Of a stretch of DNA of 64,000 bases, positions 26,293-38,318 are shown piece by piece; position 1 is the first letter of the stretch; the number at the start of each line of letters is the position of its first letter. Origin of the DNA: Malacoraja senta (Eukaryota); contig CM075987.1 of NCBI GenBank assembly GCA_038087875.1, positions 16,494,001-16,558,000 of the forward strand, given 5' to 3'. A program made the position numbers and the translations under genes. The notes below the pieces were generated by a model. That model was not told the origin of the DNA. It did no database searches and saw only the letters and a list, made by a program, of their open reading frames with translations.

Positions 26293-27639
26293 ACGAAGGT
26301 TAACATTCAATGTTGCAAACTCTGCTTCTATACCAGGGAGTATAATCATTAGAAAAAAGCAAAAGATGGCAACTGTGGGAAAAACATCATAGCTGCACTG
26401 CAGTTTAGCTTCCACTGAAATGTGCACTTCTGTAATTCAACAGCTAAAGCTGGAAATAAACAAGACGAAAACAATATCCATACACACTTGCTCAATCACT
26501 CTTACTAGACGCTGCTCACCGTGACATCCAAATATCAAGTTACATATCATTGGTAATATGTATTCTGATTGATTACTTGTAACTAATTGGAAGTAATAAG
26601 GTGGAGGAGATATTCATGGAATGTACATGGAATAGCTTGCTATATCAATGTGTTGAGGAATCAGCTAGGAAAAGGCCCTTAGATTTTGTTACAAGCAATT
26701 AAAAGAGTTAAGTAATAGTCGGGAAGAGGCCTACTTCTGAAAGCTGCGGCAGTGGACATGGAATGGATAACAGTTTAAAAAATAAATAAAGTGTGCCGTA
26801 AAACAAAAGTCTTTAAAAGCATTAAAAAAACAACAGGAAAAGTGTTTTATCTTCAGGTGACAGGAAAAATTACAGATAATATTAAATCTAAGAAATATGC
26901 TAATAAAGTATAAAGTTGCAATAAAAACAGTAGGCCTATGGATTGGAAGCATTTCAGAACCCAGCAGAGGACAACAAAGTTGATACGGTAAGATAAAATA
27001 TGATAATAAACCAGCAAAAGATAAAAATGAACTTCAAGAGCTTCTATAAAAACATAAAAAGGAAAAGACTGGTGAGTGCAAAAATCGGTGCTTTAAAGAG
27101 ATTGGATAATTTATAATAGAGAATAAAGAATTAGAAGACAAAGTTAAAAAAATATTTTATGACTGCCTTCTGTTCTTATATTCAACAAGTTGTCCAGAAA
27201 CTCAAGATAACCCAGTAATGAACAGAATTTGAAATTATTAGGAATGGATTAGTTCCAATACTAATCCACTTGTGTCATTGCATGTAGGAAGAATTGTTAT
27301 GTTTATCTTGAAGTGATAGTATTTTTCAACGGGTCCAGTATTTATACCAGCCTATTAACTGGGATATTTAGTAGGCAGGATATTTAAAGCAACAGCAAAC
27401 ATTAGAATCACTGATGGAAATGTTTAAGCAGAGAATGATCTGGGATGGATGCAAATGTGGCAACTATTCCTTTTGGAAGCAGCACAAGTTTAACTCTCAT
27501 GTTAAAGGGAGCAACTGTGCATTTTTAAGATGCATAACAATCCTCGACAGTTAAAAAATACGTCCATACTTTACTAGCCTAACACCCACGTTTTAAATTT
27601 ATACAAGCTGCTTGTAGAGTTCATCCCTACAGCAGCTTC

Positions 27640-28135
27640 AGGTTTCTCCATGGAACCATCCCCAACAATCTAATTGATGTTATAGCCAAGAAAGCACACC
27701 TATGCCTCTACCTCCTCAGAAGGTTAAGGAAATTCAGCGTGTTTTCATCAGACTCCATCTATACTTTATGCTGCCTCGGGAAAGTAGTCAACATAATCAA
27801 GGACCAGTCACAGCCCAGTCATTTCCTCTTCTCTCCTCACCCATGAAAGAAAAGATACCAAAGCTCAAAACCAAAGACTACAAGATTCAAGAACAGCTTA
27901 TTTCTCGCTGTTATCAGACTTTTAAACAGTCTCTCATAATTCCTGATATTCCAATCTATCTCATTGCAACTCTTGCACTGTTTTCTACCTGCACTCTCTC
28001 TGCACCGTAATATTATATCCTGCACTCAAATTATTTTTTTGCATTACCTAAGGTATTAATACATTATATAATTTATCTGAATAGCAAGCAAAACAATGTT
28101 TTTCATTTTATCTTGGTACACGTGGCAGAATATAA
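27640..28135 (+). mobile_element. Decayed Rex1/Babar-type LINE 3' end
   Basis: KKAH..LYLLRRLRKF and TTRFKNS-like remnants, and the typical 3'UTR. Confidence 0.6.
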
Positions 28136-30609
28136 CCAATGCCAGTAATAAATATCCATCTCATCACTATATTCAAAACAGTCACAGTGGCCACGTAGGT
28201 AAAAGATCTGACGTTGAATGAAGTGTTAAATGAAGGTCTGAAGAAGGGTCTCAACCCAAAATGTCACCCATTCCTTCTCTCCAGAGATGTTGCCTGTCCC
28301 GCTGAGTTCCTCCAGCATTTTGTGTCTACAGTGGCCACGTAGTTATAGGATCAAGTTTCAGGAAGTCAAAGTGTCTATCCCTGATTTTACACAAGAATTG
28401 ATAAAAAGTTTGGACAACTGATAAAAAGTAAACCAGCAGGTCCTCCAGCATGTAAGATCATACATGGCAGTAGTATTCAATGCTTGTTTGATGCAATTAC
28501 ATCAATTAGTTCATTCTTTTTTAATCATATCCAAATGATGTGCCACAAAAAGGCATAAATTAGGCAATGCATTTTCTGAATATGAGCATACAATTAATCC
28601 ATAAATTCTTTAGTTACACAAGTAACAAATAAATAACCTCAAGCCCACACATCAAAACCGTTCAAGTCAATAAGCTTACACAGAAACATAAGAAAATAAG
28701 AGCAGGTTACTACAGTCTTCAAGCCTGCTCTCCCATTCAATATGATTGTGGCTGATCTATGCTGGCCTCAACTCGTCCAAACCAGCTTTCCATAACAAAT
28801 CCTCAATCTTTCAACTATGTATCTCATCGCCATCTTAAATATATCTTAAATTGCTCCACCACTACTATCAGAGAGAAATTACTCTGCACCCTTGTTTTAA
28901 ATGATAGGCCCATTATTACACTCCCTTGTTTGTGACTCCAACAAGTAAGAATAGCTCAATGTCTACCCTGTTGGGCTGTCTTAGGATCTTATATGTTTAA
29001 ATAAGGTCACTTATTATTTTTGGATTAGAGGATCAAAACTGGGTGCAGTGCTTCAGGTGTTGCCTCACCAACACCTTGTGCAACTGTAACAAAATCCCTC
29101 TCTTCTTAAACTCCAACCCCTTGGCAATAAAGGCCAAAATCCTGTTACCTTCTTGAATGTTGTTTCGTTCCTCCAATATCTTGCTCTGATGAAATGTTAT
29201 TGGCCCAAAATGTTATTTCTGTTTCTTCCTCCATGTCTGACATGTTGTTTCTAGCAATCACTCCCTGTTTTTCAGATTTCCAGCATCCCTGTTTTTTTTA
29301 CTTTTCTGAGATGTAATTGTTTGCCTTTAGATTGATATACAAGAGCTACACAAATAGCTCCATTTACCAATGACCATAAACAGTAAACAGGGTCTTAAAA
29401 GCCAAAATACTGCTGTGGTTCATTTAGTTCAAACCTAGTTGCATAATTGCAAAAAGCACCAGCAATTTCATTCAATTCTACTGTTTGCCCAGATTAAAAT
29501 ATTTCGGCATTGCCTTATGTACAACAAGCAGTTAGGTCAACTCAATTAAATTGATAGATATAACATGCAGTGATGCACTTAGCATCATAGAATTACATAG
29601 CATGGAAACAGGCCCTTCAGTCCAACTCATTCATACAACAAGGTGTCCGTCTGAACTAGTCCATTTCCTATATTTGGCCATATCCCTCTAATCCTTTTCT
29701 TTCCATGTACCTGTCCTGACAGCTAACTACCAATAAACAAATTTCATTCCCCTACTTGGCTGTCAGGCTGTCACATATAATTCCCTCTCTCTTCACCCGA
29801 TCATCACTCAAATTGTCACTGAATAATTGAGGGGCCCAGATCTTTGAACAAATCTATAGGATGAATCAACAGATCAAGTATGTGTACTTTGCAATCAATT
29901 GATCTTATACACAAAATTTGCCTTCAGTACAAGTTTTACACTCAAAAATATTCAATATCTTCACCGATCGGCCTTTCACATTTCATTTTAATACTCAGAC
30001 AATAGTACAACGTTTGACATTAGATAAAAACTGTAAATAAAAATACGTGCGGAAATCTAAATCCCATTAATATTAACGTTCAGAATTTAACCTGCATCAT
30101 CCTCAAGTCGACCCCTCATCCTCAAGTATGAACCGAGGACAGGGCACAATTAAGCTCGACATTAATTGTGCCCCGACCTCGGTTCGTGTTTGAGTTTGAG
30201 GAGTCGACTCGAGGATCATGGTGGGGCCAGTTTCTCTCCTCTTAATGCTAAAGGATGTTTAACAAGGCCTTGCTTCCCTTTAGACCGGTTGCTATTGCTT
30301 CCTCTCTCCAGGGAAAGTCAAGGAATGGTAGCTCCCCGCTTCACGTCGCCAGCTGACGGACGCGGTCTCAGCAGGCCTGCGGATGCCGCGGACTCGCCTG
30401 ATCCCTTCCCTTGAGATCCGACGCCATGAGCCAGCCGATGGGGACGTGGGAGTCGGACAGTTGGGGGAGGGGAGGGGATGGGTGGTGGTGGCACCGGGGA
30501 AAAGGTGGGGTTGAAAGGATGTGACTCGACCGCCGACACCGCCTCGGGGTGCCTCCCTTTGCCACCGAGGGGACGGCGACGTTGGCAATGGTGACCCCCA
30601 CTCTCTCAC

Positions 30610-30657
30610 CTTCTTCTTGGCGGCCGCCAGCTTGGCCTGTCGGCTGCCGTCAGCCAT
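30610..30657 (-). CDS. GOLGA2: Golgin A2 (GM130) coding exon 1
   Basis: ATG at 30657 (context ACCATGG) encodes MADGSRQAKLAAAKKK, matching the GM130 N-terminus (MSEETRQSKLAAAKKK). Ends AAG|GTGAGA, phase 0. Lies in a CpG-rich island. Confidence 0.95.
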
Positions 30658-30659
30658 GG

Positions 30660-30810
30660 TGTCAATGCCGCACACGTCACCAGTCCGCCAGCTGACCGCT
30701 CCTCCTCTATCCCGGCCTGCACCGCGCCCGCCGCCCTGACGTCACGGGGAGGGGGGCGGGGGCTTGGCAACGTGGGAGAGGAATCCGAAACCACCATAGC
30801 AACAGGTACT
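30660..30810 (-). promoter_or_regulatory. GOLGA2 5'UTR/proximal promoter (CpG island)
   Basis: GC-rich. Perfect CRE TGACGTCA at 30737-30744, GC box at 30753-30761, TGACGTG (minus) at 30673-30679, RFX-like half sites CTTGGCAAC 30763-30771 and CCATAGCAAC 30794-30803. Confidence 0.75.
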
Positions 30811-30981
30811 GACCTCAACACACCGACCACACAGTCTATAATAAACTCGCAAAGGTTCAGTCTCTTCCTCTATTTCTCTCTCAATCTCCATCATAAGGGA
30901 CCTTGATTAGTACTGGTGTCAGAGGTTATGTAGAGAAGGCAGGAGAATGGGGTTAGGAGGGAGAGATAGATCAGCCATGAT

Positions 30982-31363
30982 CTTATAGAAACTTACAAAA
31001 TTCTTAAGGGGTTGGACAGGCTAGATGCAGGAAGATTATTCCCGATGTTGGGTAAATCCAGAACAAGGGGTCACAGTTTAAGGATAAGGGGGAAATCTTT
31101 TAGGACCGAGATGAGAAAAACATTTTTTACACAGAGAGTGGTGAATCTGTGGAATTCTCTGCCACAGAAGGTAGTTGACGCCAGTTCATTGGCTATATTT
31201 AAGAGGGAGTTAGATGTGGCCCTTGTGGCTAAAGGGATCAGGGGGTATGGAGAGAAGGCAGGTACAGGATACTGAGTTGGATGATCAGCCATGATCATAT
31301 TGAATGGCGGTGCAGGCTCGAAGGGCTGAATGGCCTACTCCTGTACCTATTTTCTATGTTTCT
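30982..31363 (+). mobile_element. CR1 3' fragment inserted in an older CR1 3' end (30906-31575)
   Basis: Same family as 20513-20894. ATGAT on both sides (30977-30981, 31364-31368). Confidence 0.88.
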
Positions 31364-31413
31364 ATGATTGAATAGCAGAGTTGACTTGATGGGCTAAATG
31401 GCCTAATTCTACT

Positions 31414-31543
31414 TTTAAAGAAGGAACTGCAGATGCTGGAAAATCGAAGGTACACAAAAAGGCTGGAGAAACTCAGCGGGTGCAGCAGCATCTATGGAGC
31501 GAAGGCAATAGGCAATGTTTCGGGCCGAAACCCTTCTTCAGAC
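31414..31543 (-). mobile_element. 130-bp PLE terminal unit beginning at the hammerhead core
   Basis: 14-bp TSD GGCCTAATTCTACT (31400-31413 / 31544-31557). 5' end reads GTCTGAAGAAGGGTTTCGGCCCGAAAC. Confidence 0.9.
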
Positions 31544-33959
31544 GGCCTAATTCTACTCCTATCACATGGCCTTATGACCTCTCTATCGATTGATGTTTAC
31601 TATAAACTCAAGATAGACACAAAATGCTGGAGTAATGCGGGACAGGCAACAGGTGTTGGAAAGAACTGCAGATACTGGTTTAAATCAAAGTTGGACACAA
31701 AATTCTGGCGTAACTCAACGGGATAGGCAACATCTCTGGTTTACATCTTCGGTGTAAGAAGCCAGCATCTGCAGTTCCTTCCTACACATTCCTACTATTT
31801 ACCCTTTGACTCTCAGGGGCACCTTGAGTACACCTCCCAACCCTGCCTCTTGCAAAGACTCCAACCCCTGCACTCAATTTCTGAGACGCATCTGCTCACA
31901 AGATGAGGCTTTCCATTGTAGGACATCTGAGATGGTTTCGTTCTTTAATAGATGTGTTTTTTCATCGGCTGTCATAGATGGATCCCTCATCCATGTCTCC
32001 TCTGTGTCCCGTAGTTACGTTCTCGCTCCCCCTTCTCAAGAAGGTACAACGATAGAGTTTCCTTGGTCTTCGCCTTTCACCCCATCAGCCTCCAAATCGA
32101 ACCCATAATTCCTCAACCTTTTCACCACCTCCAACGTGACCCCGCCCCTTTCTGCACTCCCTCCTCAATTCCTTGGTTTACTCATCCCTTCCAACCCAAA
32201 CCACCCCCTCCCCAGGTTCTTTCCCCTGCACCGACAGGAGAGTAACACCTGTTCCTGCACTCCCTACGTCAATCACATCCATCCAGGGATTCTAGCAGCC
32301 CTTCCACCTATATCCATCACTTTGGCTTTAAATTACACTCCTTGTCTCTCCTTATCTGACACCCTTTTGTCTCCTTTTTAACCTCTTGCATTTGTCACTT
32401 AGTCCACTCAACTGCCAATCACCCCCTCACCTGTATCCACCTATCACTTGTCAGTCTTTGTTCTGCCCCTTCCTCTTTTCCAGCTTTCTGCCCCCCACTA
32501 CAATCAATCTAACGAAGTGTCCCAACGATTAGCCATGATCACAATGAATGGCGGTGCTGGCTCGAAGGGCCAAATGGCCTCCTCCTGCACCTATTTTCTA
32601 TGTAACTCAAAACATCACCTATCCATGTCCTTTAAAGATGCTCCCTGACCTGCTGAGTTGCTCCAGTACTCAGTGTTTTACTCAAGATTCTAGTATCTGC
32701 AGTTCTTTGTGTTGCATCTGTAGAGGGAATGGATAGTCAATGTTTCTGGTTGGGTCCCGTCTTCAGACTGATGGAGTAGGGGTGAGAAAGTCGGTAAAGA
32801 GAGATGGGGGTGGGACAAAGCCTGACAAGTGATATAGTGGATATAGGTTTGTTTAGCAGATGGATGGAGTAAGTGACAAAGGCTAGAGGTGTAAAGGAGA
32901 CAAAAGGGTGTCAGATAGGAAGAGAAGCGGAGGAGTGAAATGCAAAGCCGAAGGGAAGGATACAGATAGATGTTTTAATATCCCAAAAGGGTTAGGTTAA
33001 GAAAGATGGCAGAGAAGAATGTGAAGCATGGAGCAAGTTCAGCGAGGCCCATTTAGTGATCTTTATTTCCATTCCAAACTATCTGAGTCGTCAATTACTG
33101 GCATCCCATAAGAAGGCAGTGCATGTTTAACTCATTTGGCATATGCTCCCTGACCTTGCTGAGATTTTCTTTTTGCTTTGGATTGTTGATAGCATTATAT
33201 TTTCTCTTTATAATTTTAAGAGGAAGGAATTTACAGCGGATAAGTGGAAGCTGTTGATCACATGAGTATTAAGGTGGGGGCAGTTTTATAGTTCATCTTT
33301 CCAGGAACATCACCCTATCCAAGCAAACCCACTTTATTTTGTTAAATTATTCCATGGAATTTGCCTTCATTACTGTACCTGGCAGTGCAATCCAAGTACA
33401 TAAAGGGTTTGTTGCATGAAGAAGCAGCTGTTATCATTTCTAATTTTACCCTTGTTGGTTTAACCTATTCCCTTTGTAGTTTTTGATGCCTGCTGAGTTA
33501 CTCCAGTACTTTGCGTCTTTTTTGGTAAACCAGCGTCTGGAGTTCTTTGTGTCTACATTCCCTTCTACTTTCTTAGTTTAATTTCAACTAACCTTCTAAA
33601 TTTACCTTTTTCATTCCCTTACATTTTTCTACTGGTTTCCATCCTAAAAACACTCTCTTAACTTGTACCTTTTCTCTGCTGTTTCTTGAAACCTTTTTGT
33701 TTTTCACATGTCTCTGTGACCAAAAGTGGCTTTCTCGATTGTGATGTATGCTGACCTACATCTGCTTCATTGGCTCCGTAGCTTTGTATTTATCTTGGAG
33801 TTTTGATTGCTGCTCCAATCTTTTGGATGTGTTGCCTGTCTAATTGATCAGACACATATACCTTTTATTTTCATTATTTGCCATTCACATTATATTGTTT
33901 TTCAATGGTTTAGTTATACCAAAGTATTTTGTTTCTGGGCACATTATGTCACCCAAACA

Positions 33960-34312
33960 GGGGCGGCACAGTGGAACGGCGATAGAGTTGCTGCCTTACA
34001 GTGCCAGAGAACCGGATTCAATCCTGACTACGCATGTGTCTGTATGTTCTCTCAATACAATACAATTTATTTATTGTCATTTGAACCTCAAATGAAGTTC
34101 AAACGAACTGTGACCATGTGGGTTTTCTCCTGGTGCTCCGGTTTCCTCCCACATTCCAAAGATTTGCAGGTTTGTAGGTTAATTGTCTTTGGTAAAATTG
34201 TCCCTATGTGTGCAGGATAGAACTAGTGTACAGGGTGATCGCTGGTCGGTGCAGACCTGGTGGGCCGAAGGGCCTGTTTCCAAGCTGTATCTCTAAACTA
34301 AACTAAACTAAA
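33960..34312 (+). mobile_element. HE1-like tRNA-derived SINE; related copies at ~3285-3548, 4290-4545, 24280-24570 (+) and 9410-9700, 36905-37418, 58240-58538, 60888-61145 (-)
   Basis: tRNA-like head GGGCGGCACAGTGG...GGATTCAATCC, central GGTGCTCCGGTTTCCTCCCACA block, CR1-like 3' end with (CTAAA)n tail. Boundaries approximate. Confidence 0.75.
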
Positions 34313-37300
34313 CAAAAATAAAGACATGAATTCGTATTGTGCCATTAATGTCCTTTTAAGACGTCCCAGACCACACCAAAGTCAGGTGACTTTTTTAAAA
34401 TGCAGATACAGAAATCTGAAACATTTTTTTATTAAGTAGTATAATATTTAAATTACTTAATAGAAAGGAACACGACATCATGTCATCAGGACGGCATGAC
34501 ATCTTATTAGCATGATATCTTGAAATTTTTCCTCTAATATAAGGAAGAAAGTAAAATGAACTGAGAAAGACCTTAAGCCTGATTGTTTTTTCAATGCAAT
34601 AGTAGTTAATTTGCATCTGAACTCCATTTATTTACCATGGCTTCATATTCATTAATATTCTAAGCAAGTAAAAAGCTGTCACCCAGACTTTTAAAAAATC
34701 TACTGAATCAGAACTTTTTTTCCGGATGGGGAAAATGTCACACTTCTAACACCCTTTGCAAGAAGTGTTCTTATCTTCTTTCATGAGTGTTGTATCTGTT
34801 GTGCTGCTGCAAGAAATAATTTCATTGTTCTATTTCGGGACATATGACCATAAAACATTCTTGACGCTTCTTTCTTGAGTAGCTTGACTTCGTTTCTAGA
34901 CTTAGATCCTCTTGACCAACGCCTGTCGGAGCAGGATTGCACTGGATACAGATTGGAAAGTTAGGCAGGTGGTAAGACTTCTGTTGGAACAGACTGAGAG
35001 GAATTTAGCCAATCAATATGTAAATGTATATGTTGCTTATAACAATGCCAACCATTTAAAACACAAGATCTAAGATTACATTATGAGTACTTAGGTTAAA
35101 ATAATCAAATGTCTCTGTATCAAATCCAAGTGCACATAGTAAGAGCTAATACTAAACAGATTTATGATGTTGGATTATCAATGTCAAGGTAACATTATAA
35201 ACATTAGACAATTCAAACTTAATAGCATCTCCACAATTGCTGCCAGCAAATTATGTTTTTATTTTAAACACTGAGCACGTTTATTAAAAATATCTCAAAC
35301 AGCCAGTCATTTTTCTTTTAACAATTGCCAATGGGTGAGTAATCCATTTCCCATCATAATTTTCCATTGACTTTATTTACAGTTTATCACATTTTTATTA
35401 CACTGTCTGCCCAGTGGGGGGCTCTTCAATCTAAACATAAGGAGGGTTGTGATTCCAGTTCGACAGATATCTATCTGTTGGCAGAATCTATTTTAAATGT
35501 TCAAGATTTTGTAACACTGTACAAGGATAAAATGCACAGTGTGTAAATGGGGATTGTTTACATTGGTGTGTCCTGGTTCAGTTATCTATTTGCCTCCAAA
35601 CATACCTTATCAGAGGGACTACACTCAGTCTTAACTCCCGGGATCTAAAGCTGCCAGAAATCAACTAATGATAGATTACATGTAAAATATGAAAACGCTA
35701 ATAATTAGAAATAAATGCAGAATGTAGAAACTAATAAACTCATCAGTCAGAGAAAAGACAGGTTTATTTTAAAGGTTTTCATCAGCGGAAGCATATAGAT
35801 AGACACAACACAAATACAGTATTATCTTTTAGACGTTCTCTTCTTTAAATCCCAATCTATCTTTCCTTTGGGCCATAACGTAACCTCTTTTGCTTCATGC
35901 ATAAAAGCTAATCTCAACTTCTTTTCCAGACCTTTACTCTCCGTTTGTTAGCACCAAATGTCTTATCCTTGTACTATTTGTTTGAAATGATTGTTCAGAG
36001 TTTCATAGGAAAATATTTTGAATATATACATTTTATTAGCCAAGTATGTATATATACCAGGAATTGCCTTGCCTTAAGTAGTTTACTGACTTCCTTCACT
36101 ATTCTAGTTGGATGCTTCCTCCCACCACCTCTGATGTCCAGTCATTTTAATTTTTATGATGGAATTTTCATTCTGTGCTGTAAAAATCACTAATAAGATT
36201 CATATTTAAATCAGATTTGTCTGTATTGTGATAGAACATGTATCCAGATGATCAATATAAACTAATTAAATATTTCAGCCTTCCTCCAAGTAAGTCAAGC
36301 ATGGGATCATTTTCTTTGCCCGGACCTATCCGTTTGGCAGGCTTTCAATTCTGCACATCACCAACTAGAGCTAAGCTCCAAAGTGCTCTCAACTAAAATG
36401 TTTCCAACAGGAGTCATTAATAGTGATTAGGGCCAAGTTCTCAGTTTAACCCAGAGGGATTGGACAGAACCTAGTCTTAAGTACTTTAGTTCTTAGAAAT
36501 TGAAGAAATTCATCTAATGCCGAGGCAAGTGGAACAAAAAAAATGTTTATCGAAGATGGATGTATAAAATGTGTTATTTTGTTTTTGTTTACTGAGTATC
36601 TTGATAGTATAGGCCACACTCCAGAAAACACAACCAAGTTCAAGTAAAATATTACAGTTGCAACAGCACATCACTATCAGGGTTAAACTATTTTTTTTCC
36701 TATTTTCTAAATCAACTGACATTTTGTATTAATAAATTATTTTAAATATATAAAATTAATCTTTCTCTGGTATTTGCAGATGAATTTATTCATTGTTATT
36801 AATAATTATACAGTAAAGGTCTCATAAAACATTCATTGTGCGCTTGCACCATAATGTCGTCTAATTTGTGATTATGATGATTACGATTGATCGATTTATA
36901 AGTTGAAAGATACAGCATGGAAACAAGCCTTTTGGCCCACTGAGTCCACGCCCACCTTCGATCTCCTGTTCATACTAGTTCTGTGTTATCCCACCTTCTC
37001 ATCCACTCCATACACATTCGGGGCAATTCCTAAAGACCAATTAACATACTGTAGGAAAGAACTGCAGATGCTGGTTTAAAGCGTAGGTAGACACAAAATG
37101 CTGGCGTAACTCAGCAGGACAGGCAGCATCTCTGGAGAGAAGAAATGAGTCTGAAGAAGGGTCTCTCGACCTGAAATGTCACCCATTCCTTCTCTCCAGA
37201 CATGCTGCCTGTCCCACTGAGTTACTCCAGCATTTTGTGTCTACCTTCAACCTACAAACCCACATGTCTATGGGATGTGGGAAGAAACCAAGCTCCTATT

Positions 37301-37443
37301 GGAAACCCACACGGTCACAGGGAGAACGTGCAAACTCCTTATCGCCAACCCCCAAGGTCCTGATCGAACCCGGAGCTCTGAGTCAGCAGCTCTACCTGCA
37401 GTGCCACTGTGCTGGCACTTTTGAAGTCACATTCTTCATTTTT

Positions 37444-37652
37444 AAGAAGGAACTGCAGATGCTGGAAAATCGAAGATAGACAAAAATGCTGGAGAAACTC
37501 AGCGGGTTAGGCAGCATCTATGGAGCGAAGGAAATAGGCAACGTTTCAGGTCGAATCTGAAGAAGGGTCTTGACCCGAAACATCACATATTTCCTTCGCT
37601 CCATAGATGCTGCCTCACCCGCTGAGTTTCTCCAGCATTTTTGTCTACCTTC
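37444..37652. mobile_element. Short fold-back PLE-derived element with hammerhead core
   Basis: Inverted arms of ~90 bp; flanking repeat TTCT(T/A)CATTTTTAAG at 37432-37446 and 37650-37664. Confidence 0.88.
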
Positions 37653-38070
37653 TACATTTTTAAGTCATTTACTTGTTAAGCTACTTTAAAAATGTTATAG
37701 CACAATATACATGGGAAAAATAGACACCAAAAAAAGCTTCAATTTTTGGTATTTAGCACATGTATTACTTGATTGTAAAATTATTTTATATATTTTTAAT
37801 GGGAAGTAAAGTAAGACCATAAAGGAGAAAGCAATAGAAACTTATCTGATAAGGTGAGATAAAAAAGGGTAAGAGGAAGCATAAACCAAAGATACTAGAG
37901 GACATAAACACTGATATAGTTCACAAGGAGTAACATTATTGTAAATGATACATTATTGATGCAATTCACAACTATCTCAAGTACAGGTTTTGAGGTGCAG
38001 TACCAGTTTGACAAGCTAGCAGAGTCCCCGTTTTGTTGCAGTCACATTCCATAAACTGCAATGGGGTAAA

Positions 38071-38212
38071 TAACAGTTTAATAGAAGTATTGACTCAGCA
38101 AAAATTGTTGTTTGGTATACAATTCTTCAAATTGGTAATTGCATGTTACAATTTGAAGAATTGTATACCAAACAACAATTTTTGCTGAGTCAATACTTCT
38201 ATTAAACTGTTA
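38071..38212. repeat. Perfect inverted repeat, 64-bp arms, 14-nt spacer
   Basis: 38071-38134 is the exact reverse complement of 38149-38212. Confidence 0.97.
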
Positions 38213-38318
38213 AACAGGCAAGCTGGGACTTTGACTTACCTTATGTAGTAGCTTCCCAATGTCACATATGTATACCCATGCATGTATTACAGACTTACAG
38301 TTTCCAATAATGGAGGTA

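Noticed and set aside
36279..36289. Possible 11-nt plus-strand microexon (ttcag|CCTTCCTCCAA|gtaagt)
   Set aside because: No supporting plus-strand gene in this interval; could be chance.
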